Numbered from the stretch's first letter, positions 1 through 9,681 are shown. The stretch is DNA of 38,727 nt from Candidatus Kerfeldbacteria bacterium (GCA_016194465.1 JACQBO010000006.1:1-38727), one strand, 5' to 3'. Notes: generated from the sequence alone by a model not told the origin. Numbers and translations are program-made.

Positions 1-970
1 GCACCTGCCATCGTGTCTGGAGAGCATTCGCGAGCAAACGCTCCAGCCGCACAGTATTTTAATCGTGGATAATGCCTCGGTCGACGGGACGGTCGAATGG
101 CTACGCGAAGAGTGGCCACATGTCCATCTCCTCCGCAATACAAGGAATATGGGCTTTGGTCGGGCCCATAATCAGGCCCTCCGAATCGGACAACAAGCCT
201 ACGTTCTCATCTTGAATCCCGATGTGGTCCTGACCCCGAATTGGTTGGCGCAAGGCGTCGACTGGATGGAATCGCACCCTCACGCGGGAAGTCTCGGCGG
301 GCTGCTCCGACGTTTCACTTATAGCCGCGAGGAATTGAAAACCGTAGAGTTTTCTGATATAATAGACAGCGCTGGCTTGCATGGCTTTCGCAGTCGCCAC
401 TTCGTTGATCGGGGCGCCGGCCTGGTTGATCGTGGGCAGTTTGGGCAACCCGAACAAGTCTTTGGCCTTAGCGGTGCCTGCGTTTTATTTCGACGCGAGG
501 CGCTCGAAAGCATCAGATGGAAAAATGAGTTCTTTGACGAAGATTTTTTTGGCTACAAAGAAGATATCGACTTGGCCTGGCGGCTTCAGCGTCAAGGGTG
601 GGAAGCTTGGTTTGTGCCACGGCTGGTGGCGTATCACCACCGGCATATCCAAGGAGCCGAGCGTCAATCGACCCGGGCGATTATCCATCATCACCGCTCG
701 CGAGACCGGATGATCGCCGCGTATTCCTACCGTAATCATTGGTTGCTGCTACTGAAACACGAATCAGCTCAGACCTGGCTCCGAGATTGGCCTTGGATCC
801 TCGCCTACGAACTAAAAAAACTCGCTTTCACCGTGATCCAGCGACCGAGCAACCTCAGCGTTTTGATCAGTGTCATTCGACTCTTTCCGCGTATGCGCCA
901 AAAAGCCCACGTCATGAATCATCAGGCCAAACAACCCTCCATCCAAGTTCGCCGCTGGTTTCTTCGGTAA
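1..970 (+). CDS. Glycosyltransferase family 2 (GT-A), 5' end cut by window edge
   Basis: The frame of listed ORF 65..970 stays open back to nt 2 (HLPSCLESIREQTLQPHSILIVDNASVDGT...), so the listed GTG is internal. VDNxSxDGT, LNPDV and DEDFFGYKEDIDLAWR motifs are typical of WbbL-like GT2 enzymes. Stop at 968-970. Confidence 0.85.
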   Translation, partial: HLPSCLESIREQTLQPHSILIVDNASVDGTVEWLREEWPHVHLLRNTRNMGFGRAHNQALRIGQQAYVLILNPDVVLTPNWLAQGVDWMESHPHAGSLGGLLRRFTYSREELKTVEFSDIIDSAGLHGFRSRHFVDRGAGLVDRGQFGQPEQVFGLSGACVLFRREALESIRWKNEFFDEDFFGYKEDIDLAWRLQRQGWEAWFVPRLVAYHHRHIQGAERQSTRAIIHHHRSRDRMIAAYSYRNHWLLLLKHESAQTWLRDWPWILAYELKKLAFTVIQRPSNLSVLISVIRLFPRMRQKAHVMNHQAKQPSIQVRRWFLR

Positions 971-976
971 GACCCT

Positions 977-1786
977 ATGGAACTCTCGATCGTTATTCTG
1001 AACTATAAGACCAAAGGCTTACTCAAGCAGTGTTTACGGGGCATTAACGACAGCCACCTGATACCCGGCCACGAGGTCATCGTCGTCGATAACCATTCGC
1101 TTGATGGCAGCGCGGAGATGGTTCGTGAGCAATTTCCGCGCGTGCAGTTGATCGCGGCCAACGTCAATCATGGCTTTGCGGCCGGGATGAACCTCGGTTG
1201 GCATCAGGCCAAAGGCGAATACGTCCTCATGCTCAACCCCGATGTAGCCGTCTTTGGGGTAGCGGTAGAAGAACTCTTAGCCTACCTCCGCCGGCATCCA
1301 CGCGTTGGCTTAGCCGCACCGAAGCTTATCAACCCTGATGGCAGCAGCCAAATTTCCGCTTTTCGTTTTCCGACCTGGGCCATCCCCGTACTTCGGCGCA
1401 CGGGCCTCGGCTACCTTCCGTTTGCCCGCCGGCGCCTCCGACGCTACCTGATGGCCGAATGGAACCGTCAAGACAACCGCCCGGTCGGCTGGGTGCTTGG
1501 GGCGTGTATGCTTGTTCGTCGCCAGGCCTTAGTCGAGGCTGGCGGGCTTGATGAAAGATTTTTTCTCTACTTTGAAGACGTTGACCTCTGCCGCCGTTTT
1601 TGGCAGGCAGGCTGGGAAGTACATTTTGTGGCTGACGCCGAAATGGTTCATTACCATCGGCGCCTGTCGGCTGATGGCTCGGCCTGGCAAACGCTCTTTT
1701 CATACCCAAACCGAGTACATATTCGAAGCGCCATAAAATACTTTCTCAAGTTTGCCGGCAGTCCTCAACCACCTCATCATCTTTAA
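977..1786 (+). CDS. Glycosyltransferase family 2, tandem paralogue of the upstream gene
   Basis: ELSIVILNYKT, VVDNHSLDGS, LNPDV and DERFFLYFEDVDLCRRF occur in the same order as in gene 1. The ATG lies 6 nt after the upstream stop. Confidence 0.85.
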   Translation: MELSIVILNYKTKGLLKQCLRGINDSHLIPGHEVIVVDNHSLDGSAEMVREQFPRVQLIAANVNHGFAAGMNLGWHQAKGEYVLMLNPDVAVFGVAVEELLAYLRRHPRVGLAAPKLINPDGSSQISAFRFPTWAIPVLRRTGLGYLPFARRRLRRYLMAEWNRQDNRPVGWVLGACMLVRRQALVEAGGLDERFFLYFEDVDLCRRFWQAGWEVHFVADAEMVHYHRRLSADGSAWQTLFSYPNRVHIRSAIKYFLKFAGSPQPPHHL

Positions 1787-1792
1787 TCGTCT

Positions 1793-3745
1793 ATGATCAA
1801 ACTTCGCAAGATGAATATGTCAGTTTCACTCATGCCCCGAATGGGGAAAAAACGCAGCTGGTGGCGACCCTGGATGACCTGGACCAGTATTGGGTTGGGG
1901 TCCGTACTCGTTTTGATTTTAGCCGTGGCAGCATATTATTACCCGAAAGCCCGGCAGGTGCTTGGGGACGTGCGACACTTAGAAACTGTGGCCCGAAAAA
2001 TTTCTAGCGATGTGGGCCAACAAAAATTCGCCGCGGCCACCGAACAGGTCCATAGTTTGCAGGGCGCGATCGATCAAACAACTTTGGATCTGCACCGGAT
2101 GGCCGGTTTAAGTCGCTGGCCATATATTGGTCGTCAATACCAAACCGCAGACAAGCTCTTGCACTTAGCCAGTCCGGCCAGCCAAGCTGTGGCCGCCCTG
2201 ATCGATTTTGCTAATCATCTCTTTGCTCCTTTTTCCGGTCAAGGGACGGTCAGTCTTTCCAGCATTTCTCCCGCCCAAAAAGGGCAATTGCTGGCCGGTA
2301 TGGCGAATCAACAGGAAAGTTTGCAGGCGGCGCGGACCGCGATCCACCATGCCGGTGATATATTGGAGACGATCCCAGACCGCGGACTCATCGGGCCACT
2401 CCAAAAACAAATCACGCCGCTCAAAGAGCAATTTCCTTTAATTGAACGGGCCCTGGACCAAGCCATTCCCGCAACGCACGTGTTACCCGCTATCCTTGGT
2501 TACCCGGCCGCTAAATCATACCTCTTTCTGTTAGAGAATAATACGGAGTTACGGCCGGCCGGAGGTTTTATTGGCACCTATGGGGTACTCAAAGTAAGTT
2601 CCGGGGATATCGTTTCCCTCAAAACGGACAATAGTTATAATCTTGACGAGGCGGCGAAAAAACTTCCCGTCGTCGCACCACCAGCCCCCTTGACCAAGTA
2701 TTTAAAAGCCGACGCCTGGTATTTTCGTGATGCCAACTGGTCGCCAGACTTTCCCACCGCGGCAAAACAAGCCCTCTTCTTTTATCAACGAGAAGGTGGT
2801 CAAAAAAATATGGATGGGGTGATTGGCGTGACACCCACGACCATCACCGCACTCTTACAGTTAGTCGGTCCGATCACCATCGGCTCGACTACCTTCACGG
2901 CCGATAACTTCACCACGAAGCTCCAATACTACGTTGATTTGGGCTACGCTAAAAATGGCATGGACATCAGTCAGCGAAAAGACATCATCGGTCCGATGAC
3001 CAAAGAACTGGTTGATCGACTCTTGAAATTGCCGTTGTCCCGTTGGAAGGATGTTTTCTTAGTTATGAATGAACAACTGAATGATAAACAGTTCATGTTC
3101 TATTTGAAGGATCAGGCCTTAGAAAGCATTTTGACTGACCAAAACTGGGGCGGGGCCATGGTTGACGCCGCAAAAAGCGATTACTTGGCGGTCATTGATG
3201 CCAACTTGGCTAGCCTGAAAAGCGATCCGGCCGTCGATCGTTCATACGCCTATGCCTTGAAACTTGACGGGGCCCGCCCAGACGCGACCCTGACCGTTCA
3301 TTATCACCACACGGGAAAGTTCGGATGGAAAACTACTCGGTATAACACCTTTGTTCGGGTATATGTACCGGCGGGTAGTCAGCTCATCGACAGTAGAGGG
3401 CCACAGCTTCGTGAAAAATCTACCAAGGCTGGAGAAGTCACCACCACGACCGAACTGGGGAAAACCGTTTTTTCCGCTTTCAAGTCGATCGAGCCGGGAA
3501 CCGACAGTGACCTGGTCCTCCATTATACCTTGCCGGCCGACCTGGTCTTCTCACGAACCTATGATCTTGTGTGGCAAAAACAGCCAGGAGCGATTGGCCG
3601 GACGGTGAGCCTGGTGATCAAGCGCCCGGGCCATAAAGTCAGCTTGGTTGAAGGGATTGACACCATGGCGAAAATAGACCAAGATAGCGTCTCATTCAGC
3701 GATACCCTGGAACAGGATCGCACGATGCATATTCACTACCGCTAG
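1793..3745 (+). CDS. DUF4012-like membrane-anchored protein of unknown function
   Basis: N-terminal TM segment (IGLGSVLVLILAVAAYYY) followed by LLENNTELRPAGGFIGTYGVL. I associate this N-N-x-E-x-R-x-x-G-G signature with DUF4012 proteins that accompany glycosyltransferase clusters. The real start may be any of several Met within the first 17 codons. Confidence 0.65.
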   Translation: MIKLRKMNMSVSLMPRMGKKRSWWRPWMTWTSIGLGSVLVLILAVAAYYYPKARQVLGDVRHLETVARKISSDVGQQKFAAATEQVHSLQGAIDQTTLDLHRMAGLSRWPYIGRQYQTADKLLHLASPASQAVAALIDFANHLFAPFSGQGTVSLSSISPAQKGQLLAGMANQQESLQAARTAIHHAGDILETIPDRGLIGPLQKQITPLKEQFPLIERALDQAIPATHVLPAILGYPAAKSYLFLLENNTELRPAGGFIGTYGVLKVSSGDIVSLKTDNSYNLDEAAKKLPVVAPPAPLTKYLKADAWYFRDANWSPDFPTAAKQALFFYQREGGQKNMDGVIGVTPTTITALLQLVGPITIGSTTFTADNFTTKLQYYVDLGYAKNGMDISQRKDIIGPMTKELVDRLLKLPLSRWKDVFLVMNEQLNDKQFMFYLKDQALESILTDQNWGGAMVDAAKSDYLAVIDANLASLKSDPAVDRSYAYALKLDGARPDATLTVHYHHTGKFGWKTTRYNTFVRVYVPAGSQLIDSRGPQLREKSTKAGEVTTTTELGKTVFSAFKSIEPGTDSDLVLHYTLPADLVFSRTYDLVWQKQPGAIGRTVSLVIKRPGHKVSLVEGIDTMAKIDQDSVSFSDTLEQDRTMHIHYR

Positions 3746-3751
3746 CTATTC

Positions 3752-4765
3752 ATGGGATTTTTAACTCGACAGGTCGGAATCGACCTTGGGACGACGTATA
3801 CCCTCGTTCATTTACCTGGTCGAGGGATTGTTCTCAACGAGCCTTCCGTTGTGGCCATGTCTTTGATTGATAAAAAAGTCCTCGCCGTCGGGGACGAAGC
3901 CAAAGAAATGATCGGTCGGACACCGGACACTATTGTCGCCTCCCGCCCACTCAAGGACGGGGTGATTGCTGATTATCGGGTGACCGAAGCCATGCTCAGT
4001 TATTTTATCAACAAGGCCTTAGGCGGGGTAAGGTTTTTACGGGCCGAAGTTATGATCGCCGTCCCCGGCGGTATTACCTCGACCGAGCGCCGGGCCGTGA
4101 TTGACGCCACCTTGGCCGCCGGGGCGAAAGCGGCCTACATTATTAAAGAGCCGATTGCCGCGGCCATCGGCGCCAACATTCCGATCGGCTCACCGTCGGG
4201 GCACATGATTATTGATATCGGCGGTGGTACATCGGAAATTGCCGTCATCTCCTTGGGAGGCATCGTCGTCAATACCTCGGTGCGCATCGGCGGCAACAAG
4301 CTCGACTATGCCATTCAAGAATTTGTCCGAAAAAAATACGGGTTAGCGATTGGCGAACGCACGGCGGAAGAGATCAAAATCTCTATTGGCAGTGCCATGA
4401 TGATGGACGAAAAACTGTCCAGCGATGTCCGGGGTCGCGATATGATCACCGGATTACCAAAAACGGTATCGATTATCTCCGACGACGTGACCGAGGCGAT
4501 TCAAAATGAGTTAGCCGGTATTATCCAAGCGGTCAAGAATGTGCTGCAGGAGACACCGCCCGAATTATCCGCCGACGTGATGGATAAGGGTATGATTCTG
4601 AGCGGGGGCTCATCGCTCTTGCGTCATATTGATACGCTGATGTCCCAAGCGATTGGCGTACCGGCCTATGTGGCCGATGAGCCACTGCTCTGTGTGGCCC
4701 GAGGCACCGGGATCGCCTTGGACAATCTCGAGTCCTACAAGCGGAGTATCCTGTTCACAAAATAA
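3752..4765 (+). CDS. MreB/Mbl-family actin-like protein (second copy in the window)
   Basis: Full-length actin fold motifs are present: VGIDLGTTYT, NEPSVVA, DIGGGTSEIAVISLGG, LSGGSSLL. About 49 of the first 83 hand-aligned residues are identical to the mreB at 9682. Confidence 0.88.
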   Translation: MGFLTRQVGIDLGTTYTLVHLPGRGIVLNEPSVVAMSLIDKKVLAVGDEAKEMIGRTPDTIVASRPLKDGVIADYRVTEAMLSYFINKALGGVRFLRAEVMIAVPGGITSTERRAVIDATLAAGAKAAYIIKEPIAAAIGANIPIGSPSGHMIIDIGGGTSEIAVISLGGIVVNTSVRIGGNKLDYAIQEFVRKKYGLAIGERTAEEIKISIGSAMMMDEKLSSDVRGRDMITGLPKTVSIISDDVTEAIQNELAGIIQAVKNVLQETPPELSADVMDKGMILSGGSSLLRHIDTLMSQAIGVPAYVADEPLLCVARGTGIALDNLESYKRSILFTK

Positions 4766-6000
4766 TGCTCATTGGCATTGATGCTTCGCGAGCCAATGCC
4801 GCCCACAAAACAGGGACGGAGTGGTACAGTTGGCACCTCATCCGGGCATTGACCCCTTTCCTTGAGGGGCATACCCTCCGACTCTACTTTCGCGAGACAC
4901 CGGAGCCAGCGTTAGCCGACCTCGGCTCTCATGTGGAAACGCGAGTCTTGCCATGGTCGCCAGGCTTGCTCTGGTCGCACATTCGATTGTCATGGGAACT
5001 ACTCTGGCATCGGCCCGATGTGCTCTTTATCCCGGCGGACACGATTCCGCTTATCCACCCCCCGGCCACGTATACGACCATTCATGATGTGGCCTTTGAA
5101 CGATTTCCAGAATTATATCGCGGCCGCTCGGTGCAACGGCGTCTTAGCTGGCTGCGACCTTTGGTCCATGTGCTGGTCCGTCTTTTCACGCTTGGGAAAT
5201 ATAGCGCCTCGGAGCGAGATTACCACCGCTGGTCCGCCCGACACGCTGTCCGGAGCAGCCGAGCACTTTTGACTGTGTCCGAGTTTTCTAAACAAGAAAT
5301 TGTCAGCACCCTCGGGGCCCATCCGGAGCAAATCCACGTGACCTACCTGGGCATTGCCCAGCCCGAAGAATTTCAACACCTTGACCGTCAAATCTGTGCG
5401 CGAGTCTTAGATGCGCATCAACTCGTTCACCCTTACTTTCTCTTTGTCGGGCGTTTAGAGAAGAAGAAAAACATCGCCCATCTTCTCCGGAGTTACAAGC
5501 TCTACCAACACTTTTCGCCGGATCCGATCGACTTCGTCTTGGTTGGTCAACCTGGTTTTGGGTGGTCGGAGGCCGCACAGGTCATCGAGACGCTGCCCAA
5601 TGCCAATTCAGTTCATCAGATCGGGTGGCAGGATGACCTGACGATCAAAATACTGGAAAAGACGGCCCGGGCCATGGTCTTTGTGTCTCGCTATGAAGGA
5701 TTCGGGCTGCCGCCGCTTGAAGCTCAGAGCGCCGGCGTGCCGGTCGTGGCCAGTCGGGCCGGCTCGCTGCCTGAAGTGTTGGGGCAGGCGGCGGTCTTTG
5801 TTGAGCTCGACGACATCATTGGTTTAGCCCAGGCAATGGAGACTATCAGTTCTGACCACCAACTCCGGAATCGACTCATAGCCGCTGGCCAAAAAAACGC
5901 GCGACGCTTTACTTGGCAGAAGACGGCAGCCCGTACGGCGTCCATACTTTTAGGCCTAACCGAGGACTTGCAAAAAGACGGCAATGGTGGTAGACTATAG
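4765..6000 (+). CDS. Glycosyltransferase family 4 (GT-B, group 1)
   Basis: C-terminal EGFGLPPLEAQSAGVPVVASRAGSLPEV (E-x7-E type signature). The N-terminal MLIGIDASRA is typical of GT4. The ATG overlaps the upstream TAA (TAATG at 4763-4767). Confidence 0.85.
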   Translation: MLIGIDASRANAAHKTGTEWYSWHLIRALTPFLEGHTLRLYFRETPEPALADLGSHVETRVLPWSPGLLWSHIRLSWELLWHRPDVLFIPADTIPLIHPPATYTTIHDVAFERFPELYRGRSVQRRLSWLRPLVHVLVRLFTLGKYSASERDYHRWSARHAVRSSRALLTVSEFSKQEIVSTLGAHPEQIHVTYLGIAQPEEFQHLDRQICARVLDAHQLVHPYFLFVGRLEKKKNIAHLLRSYKLYQHFSPDPIDFVLVGQPGFGWSEAAQVIETLPNANSVHQIGWQDDLTIKILEKTARAMVFVSRYEGFGLPPLEAQSAGVPVVASRAGSLPEVLGQAAVFVELDDIIGLAQAMETISSDHQLRNRLIAAGQKNARRFTWQKTAARTASILLGLTEDLQKDGNGGRL

Positions 6001-6021
6001 CCCGTAACTTTCCTGAAATTT

Positions 6022-6990
6022 GTGGCATCCAAGCAACACTGGCCATCCATTGGCCAAGGTCAACTGGTCGACGAGTTAGTATCCGCCCTGGATCAACATC
6101 GCCTCCATTCAGTTATTATTTTTGCTGGCCCGCAAGGGGTGGGGAAAAGAGCCGGCGCTCGCTGGTTGATACAATATGATCTTTGCCAGGCTTCCCGCGC
6201 CGAGCGTCCCTGTCAGCGTTGTCCATCATGTCTGCGACTCCTGAACAACCAGCACCCGCAATGCCAGATTATCGAAGGAGCCAACGATACTGGCATCAGC
6301 GTGGATACCGTCCGGGCCCTACACCAGGTCGGTTTGGTCAAGTTGGAACCAGAGGAGCATCGCTGGATATTGGTGGAAAATGCTGACCAGCTAACGGAAA
6401 GCGCGGCCAATGCGTGGTTGAAGTTTCTTGAAGAGCCCCCACCGAACGTGTATGTCCTGATGACCACCAGCCAGCTCGAGCTCCTGCCGACGACCATTCG
6501 CTCTCGCTCCGCCGTCTATCATTGGCGGCTTGTGTCTCGGGTCGCGCTCACCCGGTACTTCGCGACCGAAGCGCCGACCGCCGGAACGCAAAAAATAGAT
6601 CAGGTGGTATCTCGTTTAGCTGGCCGGCCGGCCACCGCCAAGAGCCTGGCGGCTGAAGAAGTGAGCATGCAAAAAGAAATTGGCGGCCTCAATATTTTTT
6701 TTCAAGACTTGCAGCAGCATGCAGATACGGTCGGCGCCTCTTTCGATGAGGCAGAGTTAGAAAGCTATTTTGCGCTGCGGGAGCTCGGATTACGTGAACT
6801 GCTCTTGATTGCCCACCACGCCTGGCGACGACTCTTATGGCCGGCCCAAGCGGTCAACTGGCAACCGATCGCGCGAGCGATTGGGGCACAAAATATTTTG
6901 GCGCTGCTGATTCGATACCAAGCACGCTACGAGTATTTACATCATCATGTTCAAGCAAAACTTCTCGCCCATGACCTCCAAATGGAATAA
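6022..6990 (+). CDS. holB: DNA polymerase III delta' subunit (clamp-loader AAA+ family)
   Basis: GTG start. FAGPQGVGKRAGARWL, Zn module CQRCPSCLRLLNNQHPQ, AANAWLKFLEEPP and TTIRSRS. The size fits delta' rather than tau/gamma. Confidence 0.75.
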   Translation: MASKQHWPSIGQGQLVDELVSALDQHRLHSVIIFAGPQGVGKRAGARWLIQYDLCQASRAERPCQRCPSCLRLLNNQHPQCQIIEGANDTGISVDTVRALHQVGLVKLEPEEHRWILVENADQLTESAANAWLKFLEEPPPNVYVLMTTSQLELLPTTIRSRSAVYHWRLVSRVALTRYFATEAPTAGTQKIDQVVSRLAGRPATAKSLAAEEVSMQKEIGGLNIFFQDLQQHADTVGASFDEAELESYFALRELGLRELLLIAHHAWRRLLWPAQAVNWQPIARAIGAQNILALLIRYQARYEYLHHHVQAKLLAHDLQME

Positions 6991-8038
6991 AAAATATTGG
7001 TTGGTATTCTTGTCCTTGATCCTGCTGGGACAAAGCTGCAGTATCTCGCTCGGGTCGAATGCCGTCGCTGATGGGGGAGTCTTCCGATCGGACGACGGCG
7101 GGCAGACGTGGCAGCAGAAAACATTTGTCCGCCAAGACAAAAAACAGATCCAGAGCATCAGTAATGTCAATGGAGAAGTTGTAGCCTTTGATCCGCAGAA
7201 CAAAGATACCCTCTATCTGGGCACTCGAGAAAATGGCGTTTGGCGCACGACCAATGGGGGTGATAGCTGGACACCGACGAGCTTGAAGTCGGGCGACTAC
7301 CCCTGTTTGCAGTTTGATCCATCCAACACTTCTATTCTCTACACGGTCAGTGGCCCACTCGTACTCAAGAGCCTCGACGCTGGACAATCATGGCAGACGC
7401 TCTATACCGAATCACAGCCGGAACAAACCGTTACCTGCGTGGCCGTCGATCCACTCCACGGCAACACGGTCTGGGTCGTGACCTCGGGCGGTAAAATACT
7501 CCTCAGCGATGATTATGGCCATAACTGGACCTTGGTGCACACGATTCCCTCGGGGGTGGTACGAGCCATGGAAGTTCTCAAGAACGGTTCCGGCACCCTG
7601 GCCATCTTCACGAAAACGAATGGCATTTTCCTCGGCACCGGCCGGGGCAGCGCCTGGGAAGACCTCAGCGTTAACCTCCAGGCCTTTCCCGGCGCCACCG
7701 ATATTCGCAGTGTTGATTTGGTGGAAATGGCCGCCGAGCGGTGGTTCTTGGGGACGGCGAACGGCCTGCTCTCAAGCTCAGACCAAGGCAAAAATTGGAC
7801 GTCTATTCCCACCTTGCTGACGCCACAGAGTATTCCGGTTAATGCCGTCGCGGTCAACCCCGAAAATGGTAATGAGATTTTCTTGACGGTGAACCAAAAA
7901 CTACACCATACTCGTGATGGCGGGGCGACGTGGTCCGTGACCACCTTACCCACCAGCCGCTTGCCGGTGATCCTGGCATTCGATCCGCACCAAACTGATC
8001 GACTCTTTTTCTCCACGTTAAAGATAAAGAAGAAATGA
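6947..8038 (+). CDS. Asp-box (BNR) beta-propeller protein with N-terminal signal/lipobox-like sequence
   Basis: Six clear Asp-boxes (SDDGGQTW, TTNGGDSW, SLDAGQSW, SDDYGHNW, SSDQGKNW, TRDGGATW) plus one degenerate box (TGRGSAW), spaced about 40-55 aa apart. KKYWLVFLSLILLGQSC fits a permissive lipobox pattern. The start is 6947 or 6971, and both overlap the holB 3' end. Confidence 0.75.
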   Translation: MFKQNFSPMTSKWNKKYWLVFLSLILLGQSCSISLGSNAVADGGVFRSDDGGQTWQQKTFVRQDKKQIQSISNVNGEVVAFDPQNKDTLYLGTRENGVWRTTNGGDSWTPTSLKSGDYPCLQFDPSNTSILYTVSGPLVLKSLDAGQSWQTLYTESQPEQTVTCVAVDPLHGNTVWVVTSGGKILLSDDYGHNWTLVHTIPSGVVRAMEVLKNGSGTLAIFTKTNGIFLGTGRGSAWEDLSVNLQAFPGATDIRSVDLVEMAAERWFLGTANGLLSSSDQGKNWTSIPTLLTPQSIPVNAVAVNPENGNEIFLTVNQKLHHTRDGGATWSVTTLPTSRLPVILAFDPHQTDRLFFSTLKIKKK

Positions 8039-8577
8039 TATCCTCTTCAGCTCGCTTTCAGCCCATCCTGACACATTTGAAAAAAGAATTATCGGGTATC
8101 CACACCGGCCGGGCCACCCCCAGCCTGGTGGAACATGTGATCGTCGAAGCTTATGGGACCAAAAGTCCCTTGCAGTCCCTGGCGGCCATTCATGCGCCCG
8201 AACCCCAGTTGTTAGTGGTTGAACCCTGGGACTCAGGTGTGACGAAAGAGATTGAACAGGCGCTGCGCGACACAGATCTTGGGGTCAATCCCGTGGTTGA
8301 CGGAAAGGTGATTCGCCTTCCTTTTCCGTCGATGTCCGACGAGCGGCGCCAACGCATGCAAAAAATTATCCAGGAGCGTGCGGAAGGGGCCAAAGTGAGT
8401 ATCCGCCAGGTGCGTGAAGAGTTGATCAAAACGGTGCGCGCCGATCAGAAAAACGGGACTCTGTCCGAGGACCAGATGAAGCTTGAATTGAAAAATATTC
8501 AGTCCGTCGTTGACGATCTGGTCAAAAAAATCGAAGCGATGGTCGAGGGAAAAACAAAAGAAATACTGACTGTCTAA
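8035..8577 (+). CDS. frr: Ribosome recycling factor
   Basis: 180 aa. Motifs LKKELSGIHTGRATPSLVEHV, PEPQLLVVEPWD, DLGVNPVVDGKVIRLPFPSMSDERR. ATGA overlap with the upstream stop. Confidence 0.92.
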   Translation: MISSSARFQPILTHLKKELSGIHTGRATPSLVEHVIVEAYGTKSPLQSLAAIHAPEPQLLVVEPWDSGVTKEIEQALRDTDLGVNPVVDGKVIRLPFPSMSDERRQRMQKIIQERAEGAKVSIRQVREELIKTVRADQKNGTLSEDQMKLELKNIQSVVDDLVKKIEAMVEGKTKEILTV

Positions 8578-8579
8578 TT

Positions 8580-9680
8580 ATGGCGATGCTCCTCTTTGTC
8601 CTCATTTTAAGTCTGTTAGTATTTGTGCACGAAAGTGGTCATTTTATTGCCGCCCGAAAATCTGGCGTCGTCGTCGACGAGTTTGGTTTCGGATTTCCCC
8701 CACGTCTTTTTTCCTTTCGTAGCCACGCGACTCTTTGGTCGCTCAATCTCATTCCTTTCGGCGGGTTCGTCCGCCTCAAAGGAGAGCGGAACGATGATGC
8801 TGCCCAGCCAGGTAGTTTTGCCACTGCCGGTGTCGGCAAAAGAATGATTATTTTGGCGGCCGGCGTACTCATGAACTACCTTTTAGCCTGGTTGATTTTT
8901 TCCTTGGTCCTGGTACATGGCACGAGAGTCGACCAGAGCCAGGTACCCTCGGACCGCTGGCACCGGTGGACCGGCGCCGAGACCGAAGCGATCGTGGCCG
9001 CGGGCAGCCCGGCGGCCAAAGCCGGGCTCGCGGAGCGGGAGCCCATTATCAGCATTAATGGTCAGGCATTAGATTCCACCGAACAAGTGATTGATTTTGC
9101 CAAGAAAAACGGTTATCCCACCCTGTCCATCCGGACCAGTCGACAAGGCCAAGAACGAACGATCACCATTACCCCCTCACGTATCAACGCCGCGACGCCG
9201 CATTATGGGTTCGGTTTAGAACGGGTCGGCACCTTAGCCTACCCTTGGTATGTGGCGCCATGGTATGGTGGCGCCACCACCATCTCCCTTTCGTGGCAAA
9301 CGATCAAGGGCTTAGCGGGTATTGTGGGACAACTGGTGGCGCATGGTCGGGTCAGCGGCGAGGTCACTGGTCCGGTCGGGATTGCGGTTTTAACTGGCCA
9401 AGTCCGCCATTTAGGCTGGGCCACCACCGCCCAGTTTGTCGGCGTCCTGTCGCTCAGTTTAGCGGTTATTAATTTTCTACCAATCCCGGCGCTCGACGGC
9501 GGCCGAGCGGCTTTCGTTTTGTTTGAGCATTTGCGGGGAAAGCGGGTTGACCCAAAAATTGAAAATGTCATCCACAGCGTAGGATTCTACATGCTCGTCG
9601 GTCTGGTGGTCCTTATCTCCGTCAGAGATGTGCAACGTTTCGGCATTCTCCAGCGCCTAACTACTCTTTTCCACTCGTAA
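8580..9680 (+). CDS. rseP: Site-2 (M50) intramembrane zinc metalloprotease, RseP/RasP type
   Basis: HESGHF (HExxH) in TM1, a central PDZ-like segment, and C-terminal NFLPIPALDGG (NxxPxxxLDG). Confidence 0.85.
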   Translation: MAMLLFVLILSLLVFVHESGHFIAARKSGVVVDEFGFGFPPRLFSFRSHATLWSLNLIPFGGFVRLKGERNDDAAQPGSFATAGVGKRMIILAAGVLMNYLLAWLIFSLVLVHGTRVDQSQVPSDRWHRWTGAETEAIVAAGSPAAKAGLAEREPIISINGQALDSTEQVIDFAKKNGYPTLSIRTSRQGQERTITITPSRINAATPHYGFGLERVGTLAYPWYVAPWYGGATTISLSWQTIKGLAGIVGQLVAHGRVSGEVTGPVGIAVLTGQVRHLGWATTAQFVGVLSLSLAVINFLPIPALDGGRAAFVLFEHLRGKRVDPKIENVIHSVGFYMLVGLVVLISVRDVQRFGILQRLTTLFHS

Positions 9681-9681
9681 C

